A stretch of 64,000 nucleotides of DNA from Pelomyxa schiedti (Eukaryota > Protista > Evosea): assembly GCA_020536535.1 (NCBI GenBank), contig JAHLWZ010000594.1, positions 1,533-65,532 on the forward strand. The letters are read 5' to 3'. Below are positions 27,888 to 38,448 of the stretch, one piece after another (position 1 is the stretch's first letter; each line of letters starts with the position of its first letter). The translations under genes and the position numbers were made by a program. Below the pieces are notes generated by a model. It worked only from the letters and a program-made list of their open reading frames with translations, made no database searches and was not told where the DNA came from.

Positions 27888-30800
27888 ATGCACGGCACTA
27901 CGGGTGGGGGCCCCCGCTACCCGGCGAACAACAACCACCATCATCGCCGCGACGATAGCGACTCGCACGCGCGTGGTGGTGACGGCGACCGCGGTGGGGG
28001 TGGGGGTGGGGGTAGGGGTGTAGGTGGTGGGAGACGCGACCGGGGGGAGCCCGACTACGACTACGACGGGGTGGTGGTCGTGTACGAGGACCACTCTTCG
28101 TCCTCGTCCTCGTCCACGCGCCGGCGGTACCCCCCACCACCCCCCCCACAACAACAACAACCAAGCCACACCGCTGCTGCTGTTTCTGACAGGACGGGAC
28201 GCAGCGGGGGGGACCGCGCCTATGGTGGTAGTGGCTATGGGGGGGGGCTACGCCCAACCGCAGCCGCAGCCGCAGCAGGGGGGAGGGGGCGGGGGTGGGT
28301 GGCAGGATGGCGGTGGGATCACCGGAGGGGGTGGGGGCAACGCAGTGGGGGTGGTGGGGGTGGCGGGGGTGGGGGGGGAGCAGGGCGGGAGGGATGTGGG
28401 CTACAATGGCACATTCTACGGAACCACGCCCACGGCCACTAGTGCTACTCTGGGGTACGGTGGCTATGGAGGAGGGGAGGGTGACAATGGTGCGTTGTAT
28501 CAACAGCAGCAGCAGGGCGACCGTGGCCGTGACCGTGACCAGCAGCAGGCACAGGCACAGTACCAGGGGGAGGGTGATCAGCAGCAGCAGACGTACTACT
28601 ATGACAGCGGGGGATCAGGGGTGGTGTACCGCGGCAGTGGTAGTGGTAGTGAGACTGGTTGGGACAATCCCGTCAACTCGGCCGGTGGCTATTATGCAAC
28701 AAGGGACTACAACAATAGCCGCGGTGATGATTACTATACCAGCACCAAACAAGGTGGAGGTAGGGCGAGCTATTATGCAGGCACTAGAGCAAGCGGAGAG
28801 AGCTACTACAACCAGGAGGGTCCAAGGAGGTCACATTATGAGGAAGAGACCCCAAGGAAAGTTTTTGTTGGAAATTTGACTCCAGATGTAACCTCAGGTG
28901 TTTACTTGTTTACACTTCGCCACAATCTCACTAGATTTGACATGACCTTTTTCTTCTTATCAATTTTTTAGAAATGCTGGGCTCATTTCTAAGTTGTTAT
29001 GGCCATATATGTGACAGTATTGTAATTCGTGATAGCCAAGCAAACAGTAGGGGATTCGGATTTGTTGTATATGATACACTGGAGCAAGCTGATGCTGCTG
29101 TGTTTGCTGGAGAACAGCATCTGATTGTATATGACGGAAGAGAAGTGTGTTGTGAAAAAAGACAATGGTCGTTACTTACCCATATACCTATTTCTTTAGT
29201 TAGAGGTTAAAAAGGCTATGCCCCGTGGGGCAACAAAAAAGTGGAAACCTTCACCTGCCATTGATACTTCCAATGGTAATAAAATAGAAAGTTACAAAGA
29301 TGTGACCCAAACCTATCATTTAACTTTCCTCAGAAGAGAAAAAGATTTTTGTGGGTGGATTGCATAACAACACATCTGCTGGTGTGCTTCCCAAAGTCGT
29401 TTTTAGTTTCACAACATGCAACCTTTTATTTTTCATCGTTTTGTTTGCCATCTTTTCAATGAGTAGATGGTATTCATTAGACTACCATCTACTTTTAAAT
29501 TAGTTTAGTTGTTCCAGAAGGGAAACTTAGTTTAGTGCAGAGGTCCTAGTCTTTCTTAACCCTTCTGAGTTTAGTTGAAGACACCTAGAAATCAAATAAA
29601 ATCACCTTACTTTAACAGACCAACCTTCTTCAAACTAAGTACTTCCTACTCCCTAACTACAAAACTAGATGAATTCAAAGCTTACTTCAGCCTGTTTGGG
29701 GAAGTTAATTCTGCACAAATTATGGTTGACAGAAACACTGGCAAAAGACGGGGCTTTGGCTTTATTGTTTATGAAACTTCTGAGGCTGCAGAACGAGCCC
29801 TGTCTACAAAAGAACATAGATTGTGTGGAAAAGAGGTACTCTGCTTTTGTTTACAATTACCTAAGTGGCTCAAGGTGGAAGTAAAAAGAGCTCAACCCAA
29901 GGCAGCTCCCCCAAGTGACACATATAACCCTTCACAGTATCCCCCGCAACAGTCTTACCCATCGTATTCACCTCCACAAACTTACGTACCACAAGTTCCT
30001 CCATATTCACAGCAATTCCAGTACACTCCCGAATCTACATCATCCCAGCCCACCTCTTCACAGCTTGATGGCCGGTATCAGTACCAACAGCAACAATCGG
30101 TGGGTTCTCCTTACTCGCAGGCAAACAATCCATCAACAACCTCCCCATTCAGTAGCGAGAATCCCTCTCAGCGGCCGGAACAATCCCCGTATTATTCCGG
30201 CCCTCCCGAATCTGAAACGCAAGACCAGTACCAAGAAGCCAAAAATTTGCCACCCAGACCACCTCAATTCCAATCCGGCGTCAGTCAGCCATACAACAGG
30301 CAATATGTGACACAGCCGGAACAACAATCGACACCACCTCCCCAGCTCTACAAATCACAACCCACGCCCACAACCACTACTACGAACACCAGCACCCAAT
30401 TTCCGCTGGTTCCTCCTCGCCAATATCTACCGCAAACCAAAGGAACTGATCCGCAGTCACGAACACCTTCCAATTTTCAACCCGGAATTCCACCCTCATT
30501 CCAGTCACCTATCAACAATAACAACAACCCACAGGACCGGCTCTCCGGGCCAATTAGCACATTCCAGCAGCAACAAATTCCACCCCCACCACTCCCCTCA
30601 GAATCACCATCGCCATTGACATCCCCAATTCCTGGTGGGTCTATGTACCAAGTGCCCCCTGCTACAGGTTGGACTTTTTCCTTCCCTCTATGGTCCTTTT
30701 TCTAACATGATTTACTTCTCCCAAAACCAAGGAAACCGGTACTCACCCTATCAATCGGGTTTGTATTAACTCTTCTATTCTTTCTATTAACAGTTGTTAA

Positions 30801-30896
30801 GGTGGAGGGCCCAGGCAGGTCAATCCCCGGCAATTCAGCACCCCACTCAGTACCAATCAACAACCTGGTGGAAGTACAGACTCTAATTGGCACTAG
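27888..30896 (+). CDS. Two-RRM RNA-binding protein (Musashi/DAZAP1/hnRNP A-D-like) with Gly/Tyr- and Pro/Gln-rich regions; apparent frameshift at ~28239-28247
   Basis: KVFVGNL...SRGFGFV...EVKKAMP...KKIFVGGL...EFKAYFSLFGEV...RRGFGFI...VEVKRAQPK. Confidence 0.85.
29382..29668 (+). promoter_or_regulatory. Unusually long (287 nt) intron inside RRM2, rich in UAG/GUUUAGU elements and hairpins
   Basis: Boundaries GCT G|GTGTGC...AAACTAG|AT GAA TTC restore the RRM2 frame. GTTTAGT occurs three times with further TAG(T) sites. Perfect 11-bp inverted repeat AGTAGATGGTA/TACCATCTACT. Confidence 0.6.
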
Positions 30897-31172
30897 GGCT
30901 CATTTTACCTTACCTGCAAATCAAAATGTAAAAATGATCGGCCTGTTTCGTACAAAAATTTGTTTCGCTTTTTGGTACTTTTTGTCTCGGCGTTGCCCAT
31001 CACAATCACTTCGTGGAGGAGAAATTGATTTGCCGGTTGGGTTATCAACGGAGCTGTAACGCATTTTTGTCTGTAGACCACACAACCGGGCAAGCGAGAG
31101 CGACAAGTATATGAGATTGTACAATGCCGTTGTTCGTTAAGCCTTGTTATTTAAGGGTGTTTTGTTTGAATT

Positions 31173-32128
31173 ATGGGGTTGTGTCCCAGCAGAGATGAAT
31201 TTGATGTGCCTGAGGGCGACGACATCGCCGAGGACGAGAGAATAGGCATCTTTTATTCATTAATTTGTATTATTAATTCGTCTAACCCGGAGCCGGGTCA
31301 TGTGCATGGCAGTAAAACCTCGGAGAAGAGAACAAAAGGAACCTACATACAAAATTGTGCTTTTGGGGGAATCGAATACGGGAAAAACCTCACTGGTTTC
31401 TCGTATCACAAGAAATACATTTCAGAGTGACCCATCAAACACTATCGGGTGTGACTCCTTTTTCCCCCTGAAGCTTGGCAGCAATGTCACCTTTCTTACT
31501 CGTGTTCAGGGCCACATTTCAGGTTTTCAACGCAACTGTGAATGGTAAGACAGTTAAATTGGAGGTGTGTGAGCTCTTTCTTTTTTTTAAATGCCAAGGA
31601 TTTCACTATAAATAGTTGTGGGATACCGCCGGACAGGAGAGGTATAGATCACTCACACCTATGTACATGCGTGGGGCGCATGCCGGAATTATTGGTATGT
31701 AATTTTCTTTTTGCCAGCAATCAAGTGACATTTATTTTTACAGTATATGATATAACAAACATGGTCTCTTCCACAATCATCCGAATTCCCACTTACAATG
31801 CTTACCATAGTCTTCATTTGATGGTATGAAGCAGTGGGCCGAGGACCTCAAGTCCACAGCTTTGGATGGCTGTGTTGTTGCCATTGTAGGCAACAAAACA
31901 GACCTAGCTGACAAAAGGATTATTGAAAAGACCGTTGGGGAGGAATACCTGAAAACAGTAGAGAACAGACCACCTGACCCTACTAACAATGGGAGGCTCG
32001 TTTTCGCAGGCTTCTCAGAGGTGAGTGCCAAGACAGGGGAAGGTGTAATGGAATCATTTGACGTTCTGTGCCACAAGCTTGTTGCAACCCACACACTTCC
32101 AACCTCTTCTGTCTCAACAAAATCCTAG
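31173..32128 (+). CDS. Rab5-related GTPase with an N-terminal acylation motif and no C-terminal cysteines, multi-exon
   Basis: MGLCPS start, YKIVLLGESNTGKTS, TIG|ATF, WDTAGQERYRSLTPMYMRGA, VYDIT, GNKTDL, EVSAKTG. Ends ...SSVSTKS*. Confidence 0.85.
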
Positions 32129-32289
32129 ACCTATCAAAAATAACTGGAACAAACAAATTCCCAGTGGAAATTCCAAAGAAAAAGAAACACACAGTCTTCG
32201 GCAATCAAAACTATAAAAAAGGAAGCCCCCCAAGGGTGTCGCACCCAAACGCTGATAGAGAAGAAATTTTGGGCTTTTCCGCAACTTGA

Positions 32290-35200
32290 TGTATCAGTGT
32301 CTCCCCCAAAAGGAGAGTATCATACGAGTTACAGCAAGTTATTATTTATCAGTGCCAACTGATGGGGAGGGCGAAGATGTCCTCCTTTTCCGCTCCTTTA
32401 TACCCTAAAGTTTTCCTGTAACCGAACTTATGGGTCCCTTCACGAGTGTTTTACTGTAACAGACCTTCTGGTTACCCTTCAGAGACTGGTGTTGTGTGTG
32501 TTCTTTTGTGGTAGGTTGTACTGGGATGTGGAGGATTGAATAAGTTCTTCTTCAGGCGTTTGTGGTCCGTAAGTATTTAGAACTGGTTGGTGTGGGGGAT
32601 GCAACGAGCTCAGGTTCGAAGTGCCACGTACACTTACTTATGGGGAATGGAGTGTGACGTGTAACGCACAGGTGTCGACGTTGACGCACTTCCCCGACTT
32701 TGTCGACAACAACCCACTTTCTAAGTATGATCGACCACACTTCATGTTGGGTGCGTAACCCCCCCTTCCCTTGGTTTTCTCGTTCATACGACTTTTTTTT
32801 TCCCCCATGAGGATTTTCATCCCACGCTTACCTTGAATTAATAGGATGGCTTGTTTGTAGATATGTTAACAGTAATACTCTGGTTGTGGGTGTTCCAGTG
32901 ACGGCTCCTGGTGCAACTCCAAATATTTACTCCATCTCATCCTCTCTAAATGTAAGTTCGTTGAGCTTAGCTTTTAAAGTTTACCAATACCTCTCACGCT
33001 TAGATAACGGCACTGACATTACAATTTCCGTACATAATCACATGCCATCAAGCTGAAACACTCCAACTATTCAATGTCAAAACAAGGCAAGCCGAGCAGT
33101 ACATACAAGTGTGCTTTACTGCAAGGATGTATGTTGCTTTTCTCATTGCTTTGTTAGGAAAGAGATTCACTGTCAGTTGTGAGAGGTATTTTTTCTGACA
33201 GTAGATCCATCATTGCGGTCTTTCCAAAAAAACTCATGGTGATGATTCAAAATAGAAAGGAATAAGTTCTCCCTGCTAACATTAGGAAACAGATATGGCA
33301 ACGAGACAACTTATCTAAAGGGCCTCAAAATATAAATCTGAATGTCGACGTTGTCCCAACTATATCGGTATAGAGGCATAGTATTCAATCTCTTTAATTT
33401 TACCAGGCTCCTCACGAGTTTCGCTGTAGCACCTTACCTGATAACCGACTTTTACTTGTTAACACCAATCCCTCTGGTCCGCTCTTGCAGGTGGCTTTAT
33501 AAAATTTCTCAAACAAGCTGTCTTACTCTTTGAAGGTGTGGGATGTTGTGAAAGGCGAAATTATCAGCTACATTGAAAACCGTGCGAAGTCGCCTCCTCC
33601 TGAAGCAATGAGCCTTTGCGGTGATTACATTATCACAAGTGGACGAGATGCAGCCTACATTTGGGATTTTGCAGGAAAATCGCACGTACCCACACCCATA
33701 CTGGAAGTTTCTAAACGCAACTCTAGAGGCATTTTGAAAGGAAATAAGTTTGGAGACGTAGGGATTACTGCTATACATGCCGATACCCAGATTATCATAT
33801 TGGGTACTTCTTCAGGGCACCTTAGCTTGCATACGTTTCCAAGTGGAAATCTTTTTTACAATATCACAAGGTGAATACCCTATGAATATCTTTGTATGCT
33901 TATTCCTTTCAGGTTCAGGAGCTTATTGCTAACTGGAATAAGACCCAAGTCAATTTTCTTTCGTTTTAATGTTGTCACATTGCACGTAGGATTGTGCAAA
34001 TACAACGAGTTGGAAGGTGGATAGTCTGTCAAATGGACAACAATAAAGTGGAAGTTTACGATCTCTTCCAACCAGTACGACTCGCAAATGCCCCTTTCAG
34101 TTTCTAATAGTACTAGGAAACTGCAGCCCCCCTTGATGGATACATTCATCCCATCCCTGGAGTCCTGAGAGATGTGTCCATTTACGACCAAAAAGTTTAT
34201 CTCACATACAGTGTCTCCGCTGAACCAAACGCTGCAAAAAGCGGGCTTCGACCAGTTAGACAGAAACCAGACGTGGTACTCTGGTCCCCTAAACTGGAGT
34301 TGGAAGGTACCCACTCACGTCATCTATAAATGAAAACAAACTCGTAGGGTTCGAGTTTTATGCCTCTGAACCGGAATTGAATACCTGTTCATGCCCTGAA
34401 ATTCTCATTCATGTACCTCCTTCTTGAATACCAGGGTAAACTGAAGTGGTGCAGGGCTTCATAAAAGTACTGAAGTTGATACACAAACTGCAGATCCTCC
34501 GAGGGGAGGACCTTCGACCTTTCATTAACACCGTTTCCACTTTTATCCCCTGGATTGTGGGTGTGAGTGAGGTGAACTCTAGAATCTTATATCTTATCCT
34601 AACTGCTGTAAGCTTGAAGCCAAACTGCAAATTCGTCTCCCATTCATGCTTTACCGAAGTGTAGTTGTAGATTTGGATGATTTGGAGTTTTATGCCCTAA
34701 AGTTACTCAAGGTATTCAATCCCACTGCTTTGCTTGTTTAACCAAACTACAGCAAGGAGTTGCGGCAGCAGCCGTAAGAGCTCTGAAAGTGCGAGAGCGT
34801 TTAGATGACTTGTGCACACAATTGACAAAGGGGGTTCTGGCCCTAATTCATACAGCCGAGATGATTGGTGACGTTCGCAGTCTCAGTTCAGCCACCTTTC
34901 CTTCCGCATCACTTGGCCTATTTGGGGAGCGCCTAATGACGTTTTATTCTTTCTCAGATGACCAACTATTCACCTCACCGTATGTAGCAATATTTCTGTT
35001 CAACACTTGACTTCGTTTAGGGATCCATCCCTGCCCTCACCAGGTCTGGACGATATTGGTGGGGGACTTCCAGTAAACCCTACCGCTAGTGCTACGGCAA
35101 CAACAACATCCACACCAACATCAACAGGCAATGCACCCAGGGCACGAAGAACAATACTAATCCACCCACCAAGGGAAAAAAGGGTCCATATCTTATCAAA

Positions 35201-35508
35201 ATCCCGCTCCCACTAACTTATAATAAGGTTGATGAGGAAGAATCAAGTACTACAGCCATAAATGAAGTAACATTCAATCACCGCTACCATCATCTCACAT
35301 TACCGAAACACACAGCTTATTTTGGATGTTATGGACAGCCTCTCCCGAACTCACGCCGCCCTGGCACAGAAACTCAGCCACTACGACCACGTCTGCTCCT
35401 CCGGAATCAATGATGTATCTGTACTCCCTCAACTCGTGGACTTATACGCACGGCTCAAAAATGTTAGTGCTTCAAAGCAAAATCCCACTAACCCCTCCAC
35501 AGTTGACT
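32290..35508 (+). CDS. Multi-exon WD40-repeat-containing protein with a helical C-terminus (start uncertain)
   Basis: WD-like segments (KVWDVVKGE, IITSGRDAAYIWDF, ITAIHADTQIIILGTSSGHLSL) within a chain of short GT-AG-bounded open exons. Confidence 0.5.
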
Positions 35509-35749
35509 GATGACATCAAAGAAACAGCCAAATCAGTAGCCGAACTACGGGGTGACAACCCCAAAGGACAATGGTGGGAAGGTGGCGGTGGATCCTACCT
35601 GCCAAATCCACTGCATCAATCCCAGGAATAAACACAAAACTCCGGATAGAAAAGGGTCTCAAACCGGAGGAAGAGGACGTCATGAAACACCACAATCCCT
35701 CGGGTTAACCTTCCCAATAATAAAGAGAGTTTTGATTGTTTCCACGAAC

Positions 35750-37058
35750 TTGGGGCTACAACCGTCCAAGTCGCGCGGGGCCTCATGTCAAACTGGAATT
35801 ACAACCACGACAAGCAATGCCAATGGAAACGGGATCGTGGTCACATCCACCAAATTCCTCCGACCAAAGTATCACCTCATCTCTGCTTGTTGCCCAGGAG
35901 TGGTGGCCCTGATGGCAGGGACTCACCCCCGATGCGGAGCGAGGAGCCCAGTGGCCATTGTGGGACTGCACGGCCAATCGCTGCTCAGGATCCTGGTGGA
36001 TTTCGTCGCCGTGGTGATGACGCAACGGAATATTGATGTCGAGGGTTGGGGTGGGCTTCGCTGCCGCGGAAGGTGGAGACGTCAGTTCAGTTTCGCGATC
36101 TCACCACTCTTTGGAATCACAAGTGAAGTGACTGAGCCGATAAGTTCGGTTGACTTCACGAAGGCAGCACGCTTGATAGACGAGCAGTGCTCGCAGGCAA
36201 ACAATGCATTGTGGGAGGTGGTGTGTTACCCAAAGTTCCCCCCGGCATGGGACCTGGATTTAAAGAAGAGACTGATTCTCAAAAAAGTGCAGGGGCACAG
36301 CGTGGAGGTTCCTTTTGATGCTTTCAACGGCCATGCACATGTGTGGTTCATCGGTTTGGACTCTGAGACACCAAACGAGCTTCTGTTGCTTTTCTCTGAG
36401 GAGGGTCACCTGAACATAGTTGTTCACATGGTTGCTGACTTACTGGGTTCGTTCGCCACCAGAAGCCTGGTGGTTCTGAGCCAGGTATCTTTCATCTGGC
36501 CCTTCATCCAGTTTGAAGTCGTTTCTACTTTTCTTCTGAGGAGACAGCACATCGGACACCGGTGTTTTTCTGTCACACATCAAGTGGGACCGAACACACA
36601 AGCATCATCAGGTCATAGAATCAGTGGAAGGCAGTGGCGCAACCAGAGTTCTTTCATATGACTCCAAGTGCCATGTTTCCAAATACACTGAGTCACTGTT
36701 CTTCCTATTTTCATGGGCTCCTGCTGAGGGCTCCTGCTGGTCCTACAAACTCTGGGACTGCTCGAGCTCAACTTCCAGACCAATTAAATCTGTTCAGCTT
36801 GTAGATTGCACAGACGAAGCCCTGGTGCTGGACTCCACTGAATTAGGAGTTTTGGCCTTCTGTGTGCCACCAAATCAAGTCAGGGTCGTGGATTTGTTGT
36901 CAGGTATTTGTGTTCTCACTGTTGAGTTCATTGAAGCACATACACCAATAGAGGGAGTCCAGTTTAAAAGTGCACAACTTGTAAAAAAGACTCTCGAAGA
37001 CATCCTCGGTTTTTTGCCAGTCTTTTTTACTTGGTTCAAGAACCTTTGCACTCAGTGA
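35750..37058 (+). pseudogene. 'HPRCG' family copy 4 with TTG in place of the start ATG and a +1 frameshift
   Basis: Aligns with 37174-38364. The homologous start reads TTG GGG CTA CAA CCG TCC AAG against ATG GGG CAC AGA CCA TCC AAG. An extra T in the run at 36565-36569 shifts the frame before QVIESVEGSG. Confidence 0.65.
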
Positions 37059-37173
37059 CACTGTAATAGGAGGGTAATGTCCGTCTACCAGCGCTTTAAT
37101 CCAATCCCAGGAAGAATCACACATCACAGACCAGGAAGTTTTCGAAAAAGGAAGAAAAAGAAACAACATTTTG

Positions 37174-38364
37174 ATGGGGCACAGACCATCCAAGTCATCA
37201 GGGGCCTCATGCCAAACTGCAATTTCAACCATCAACGTCGATGGAGGGAAAGTGGTGGCCACATCAACCCAATTCCTGCGACCAAAGTATCACCTCGTCT
37301 CCGTTTGTTGCCCAGGAGTGATGGCCCTTTTGGCGGGTACTCACCCCCGGTGCGGAGCGAGGAGCCCAGTGGCCATTGTGGGACTGCACGGCCACGCACT
37401 CGTCAGGTTCATTGTGGATTTCGTCGCGGTCGCGTTGACCCAGCGGAGGGTTGATGTTGATGTTGAGACTCGTGGGGGGAGGCCGCGTAAGTTCACGTTC
37501 ACAGTGTCACCACTGCTTGGAATCACAAGTGATGTGACCGGGTGGACAGGCTCGCTGGATAGCTATGGATATCTGCGGGCAGACAAATCGTGGTCGAAGG
37601 CAACAAATGCGCTGTGGGAGGTGGGGTTGTGTCCGACGTTACCTCAAGCAGGGGATCCGGAATTTCATAAGGGACTGGTTCTCAAAAATGCGCAGGGTGA
37701 AAGCGTGGAGGTTCCTTTTGATGCTTTCGAAGGCCATGCACATGTGTGGTTCATCAGTTTGGACTCTGAGACACCAAACGAGCTTCTGTTGCTTGTCTCT
37801 GAGGAGTGTCACCTGAACATAGTTGTTCACATGATCGTTGACTTGGAGTGTTCGTTTGCCACCAGAACCCTCGTTGTTCTGAGCCAGGTATCTTTCAGCT
37901 GGCCCTTTGAAGATTTTGGTATCCTTTCTGCTTGTATTATGAGGAGACAACACATCGGCCACCGTATTTTTGTGTCAGTCATCTGGAGCCAAAGGCACCT
38001 GCGACAGGTAATAGAATCTGTGGAAGGCAGTGGGAAAACCAGAGTTCTTTCTCATGCCTGGGAATGTTATGTTTACAAATTCAGTGACTCACTGTTCTTC
38101 CTCTTTTCATGGTATCCAGCTGAGGGTTGGGGATACCAACCCTGGAACTGCTCAAACTCAACAACCTCAAGACCACTTAAATCTGATCAGCTTGTAGAAG
38201 CCACAGTCGACGGCTTGGAGCTGTACTCTACAGATTCGGGAGTTTTGGCCTATCGTGTACAACCAAATCAAGTCAGAGTGGTAGAATTGTTGTCTGGTGT
38301 TGATGTTCTGACTCTTGAGCTTGAAGAACAAGTGTATGAAGTCAAGTTTCGAGGACGCACGTAA
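37174..38364 (+). CDS. Uncharacterised intronless 'HPRCG' family protein, copy 5
   Basis: Intact ORF with MGHRPS start and ALLAGTHPRCGARSPVA. Confidence 0.85.
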   Translation: MGHRPSKSSGASCQTAISTINVDGGKVVATSTQFLRPKYHLVSVCCPGVMALLAGTHPRCGARSPVAIVGLHGHALVRFIVDFVAVALTQRRVDVDVETRGGRPRKFTFTVSPLLGITSDVTGWTGSLDSYGYLRADKSWSKATNALWEVGLCPTLPQAGDPEFHKGLVLKNAQGESVEVPFDAFEGHAHVWFISLDSETPNELLLLVSEECHLNIVVHMIVDLECSFATRTLVVLSQVSFSWPFEDFGILSACIMRRQHIGHRIFVSVIWSQRHLRQVIESVEGSGKTRVLSHAWECYVYKFSDSLFFLFSWYPAEGWGYQPWNCSNSTTSRPLKSDQLVEATVDGLELYSTDSGVLAYRVQPNQVRVVELLSGVDVLTLELEEQVYEVKFRGRT

Positions 38365-38448
38365 CCTTTGAAAAAGTCAAGACAAGGTTGTATTCAAAAA
38401 AAAAACACAAGTTTTTTTTTCGTTTGATTGTTCATATCTCACAGTGAT

